A DNA stretch of 64,000 bases from Macrostomum lignano (taxonomy: Eukaryota), in NCBI GenBank assembly GCA_002269645.1, contig NIVC01000105.1:845992-909991 (forward strand). The letters are read 5' to 3'. The translations under genes were made by a program, and so were the position numbers. The notes below the pieces were generated by a model that was not told the DNA's origin, did not search any database, and saw only the letters and a list, made by a program, of their open reading frames with translations. Within the stretch, counting starts at the first letter, position 1. Each line of letters begins with the position of its first letter. Positions 61,118 to 64,000 of the stretch are shown here, piece by piece.

Positions 61118-62268
61118 GTCAGACGTCACGACACTGACTGCTGCAGTATCTCAGTCCGCACGCATCAAATCTTGTCAGACGTCACAAAACTGACTGCTGC
61201 AGTATCTCAGTCCGCACGCATCAAATCTTGTCAGACGTCACAAAACTGACTGCTGCAGTATCTCAGTCCGCACGCATCAAATCTTGTCAGACGTCACAAA
61301 ACTGACTGCTGCAGTATCTCAGTCCGCACGCATCAAATCTTGTCAGACGTCACAAAACTGACTGCTGCAGTATCTCAGTCCGCACGCATCAAATCTTGTC
61401 AGACGTCACAAAACTGACTGCTGCAGTATCTCAGTCCGCACGCATCAAATCTTGTCAGACGTCACAAAACTGACTGCTGCAGTATCTCAGTCCGCACGCA
61501 TCAAATCTTGTCAGACGTCACAAAACTGACTGCTGCAGTATCTCAGTCCGCACGCATCAAATCTTGTCAGACGTCACAAAACTGACTGCTGCAGTATCTC
61601 AGTCCGCACGCATCAAATCTTGTCAGACGTCACAAAACTGACTGCTGCAGTATCTCAGTCCGCACGCATCAAATCTTGTCAGACGTCACAAAACTGACTG
61701 CTGCAGTATCTCAGTCCGCACGCATCAAATCTTGTCAGACGTCACAAAACTGACTGCTGCAGTATCTCAGTCCGCACGCATCAAATCTTGTCAGACGTCA
61801 CAAAAATGACTGCTGCAGTATCTCAGTCCGCACGCATCAAATCTTGTCAGACGTCACAAAACTGACTGCTGCAGTATCTCAGTCCGCACGCATCAAATCT
61901 TGTCAGACGTCACAAAACTGACTGCTGCAGTATCTCAGTCCGCACGCATCAAATCTTGTCAGACGTCACAAAACTGACTGCTGCAGTATCTCAGTCCGCA
62001 CGCATCAAATCTTGTCAGACGTCACAAAACTGACTGCTGCAGTATCTCAGTCCGCACGCATCAAATCTTGTCAGACGTCACAAAACTGACTGCTGCAGTA
62101 TCTCAGTCCGCACGCATCAAATCTTGTCAGACGTCACAAAACTGACTGCTGCAGTATCTCAGTCCGCACGCATCAAATCTTGTCAGACGTCACAAAACTG
62201 ACTGCTGCAGTATCTCAGTCCGCACGCATCAAATCTTGTCAGACGTCCCGACACTGACTGCTGCAGCA
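61118..62268. repeat. Highly homogeneous 56-bp tandem array (~20 copies) upstream of the bestrophin ATG
   Basis: Unit gtcagacgtcacaaaactgactgctgcagtatctcagtccgcacgcatcaaatctt; internal copies essentially identical. Confidence 0.97.
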
Positions 62269-63068
62269 GTGCTTCGAATTCTAAGCCAGAACGTCTTAAT
62301 CGGTGATGTATGCATCTCAAAACCTACAATCAGAACTCTCGATCAAAGGTACTTATCGATGCAATTGACCTCCTTGAACCGCGTTGCCGACATCCATTTT
62401 TGAGCCTCTTTATTACCCTTCAATGTACGCTCCTCGTCGACTTTAGATGAAAGCCAAAGTCAACGTCAACAATACCATGTAATTACCCGTGCATGCACGA
62501 TTTTGTATGGCCAGCTGCCCGATCAGTCAGGTAGCTAAGGCGAACCTACAGGGTTGTAATTTGTCTCGAAGCTTTAACAGAGTTCAGCTGGACTGTGCAG
62601 CCCTGGATTTTCGGGTTTTAATTGTTGTCTTTTCTTTTAGGAGTCAATTTATGCTCTGTTAACATAGAACTTCAGAAGCTATACATGTACGTATCGAGCT
62701 GTATCTTTTGGGGCCAGCTCATATGTTGCGTCATTTTCTATTAATGTTGCCACTTTTCGGAATGGCGCAAATTTAATCTGAGAGAGGGGACGCCATCGTA
62801 TCAATCTGAGGGGGTAATTAATTTCAGCTTCAACATCTGATTAGGCTGTCATATAAAATTGCATAAATTTAAGGTAAAGCTACATGTATGCAGAGATCGA
62901 CAGTCAGTTACAAGTTAAGTAGTATTTTGGTTGGATCTGGTTACTGTTAGAAAAAATATTTCCATGTACATGTATGAAAATGCTTTTTGTCGTTATGGTC
63001 TCCGAGAATTCAACTTAAACTCAACCATACGGCGTTAAGGCAGAGCTAGGTTGGATAATTGAGAGCAG

Positions 63069-63453
63069 CAGGGGCGTCGCCACCCGGGGGAGACAGAGAG
63101 GGGGACATGTCCCCGGTAAGTTACATGGGGGACATGCCAATGCTTTGTCCACCCCACCAATTAATGACAACAATGGAAATGCAGTAATTTTGCTTCAGAG
63201 CGCCAAAATATAGCGCCTTTGGAACCTAAATGAGTGCCTGCGGCGCCAAAATAAGTGTCCGCAGCGCCAAAGATATCTGCGGCACCAAATTATTAAATTA
63301 GCGCACGCGGTGCCAAAATGAATGCTAGCAACATGCACTAGCTGATTCTCAAATGTACATGTACATGTAGGAATTTAGTCATGTGCATATATATGTATAT
63401 AGAATCCTTGGCTTGTCCCCCACCATCAAATTCATGGCGACGCGACGCCCCTC
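63069..63453. mobile_element. hAT-type MITE candidate (~385 bp)
   Basis: Left end caggggcgtcgcca; right end tggcgacg(cgacg)cccctc is its inverse with a 5-nt internal duplication; flanking octamers gagagcag / gagggcgg match 6/8 (eroded 8-bp TSD). Confidence 0.55.
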
Positions 63454-64000
63454 GAGGGCGGTAATTGCGCTGTAAAACCATGCAACAATCGTACATGTAC
63501 ATGTAACTCCAAGGCCACCGCGGCGTCACCCACTAATTACAGCGTCGTCACTGCCAATGAGAAGGCGCTCAGTCCTGATGCCGGCCATGGCGGTCGCCGG
63601 TCGGTGCGCAGCACAATACTCCACGACAGTAAACTAGTCCGGGGGATCGAGTTCGAGAGGGCTAGGGTCGCCATGAAATACAAAATCACAATTCGGAAAA
63701 GCCCTTTCCATCATAAGCTCGAAATATTATAAACCAGAAATATCATATTGCCGAAAGTTCTAGCAATAAGTGTTGCTATTTTAGTTTTCGGTGTTATGAT
63801 ATTTTTTAGGTTCGTAATATGTCGGTCTATCGGCCTCAATGGTGGCCGTTGCTAGCATTGGTAAAGATTTACACATCAACACGATCATCGTAATCGAAAT
63901 TGGAATCAATACCGTGGTGAAAATTTCAAAGTGCAAAAAACAAAAGTTCTCATGATTCTTGGAAAGTTTAACTCTAGCAGCTTTAGCTTAGGGCCTATTC

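Noticed and set aside
61118-62268. Regular 56-bp periodic array as a possible CRISPR array
   Set aside because: Units are identical end to end with no variable spacers; eukaryotic context; no cas genes

Overview
AT/GC-mosaic eukaryotic (metazoan) genomic DNA with GC-rich exons, poly-Gln runs and introns filled with minisatellites. The style resembles a free-living flatworm such as Macrostomum; this is an inference. Six protein-coding genes can be assembled from GT-AG splice sites and frame continuity. (1) The 3' part of a + strand multi-exon gene whose product joins an integrase-type HHCC zinc-binding domain (NOL4-like) to a catalytically dead hAT-transposase body, apparently a domesticated transposon fusion (1184-5917). 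(2,3) Two intronless tandem paralogues encoding signal peptide + C-type lectin + PAN/apple-like domain, separated by a decayed Ty3/gypsy gag-protease remnant. (4) A RING/B-box/B-box/coiled-coil TRIM gene with a disordered, TQT-motif-bearing tail (13143-17052, -). (5) An aminergic, tyramine/octopamine-like GPCR (22887-38597, -) with an 11.2-kb intron. (6) A six-exon, divergent bestrophin (44346-60851, -). About 35 distinct micro/minisatellite arrays cover roughly 40-45% of the window (hand estimate), and nearly every intron contains one. Several arrays read as branch-point (CUAAC) or AG|GT splice-signal multimers on the transcribed strand. Also present: three copies of a tRNA-derived SINE (two forming an inverted pair) and two MITE-like elements. 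Most long ORFs in the supplied track are translations of repeats or antisense shadows.
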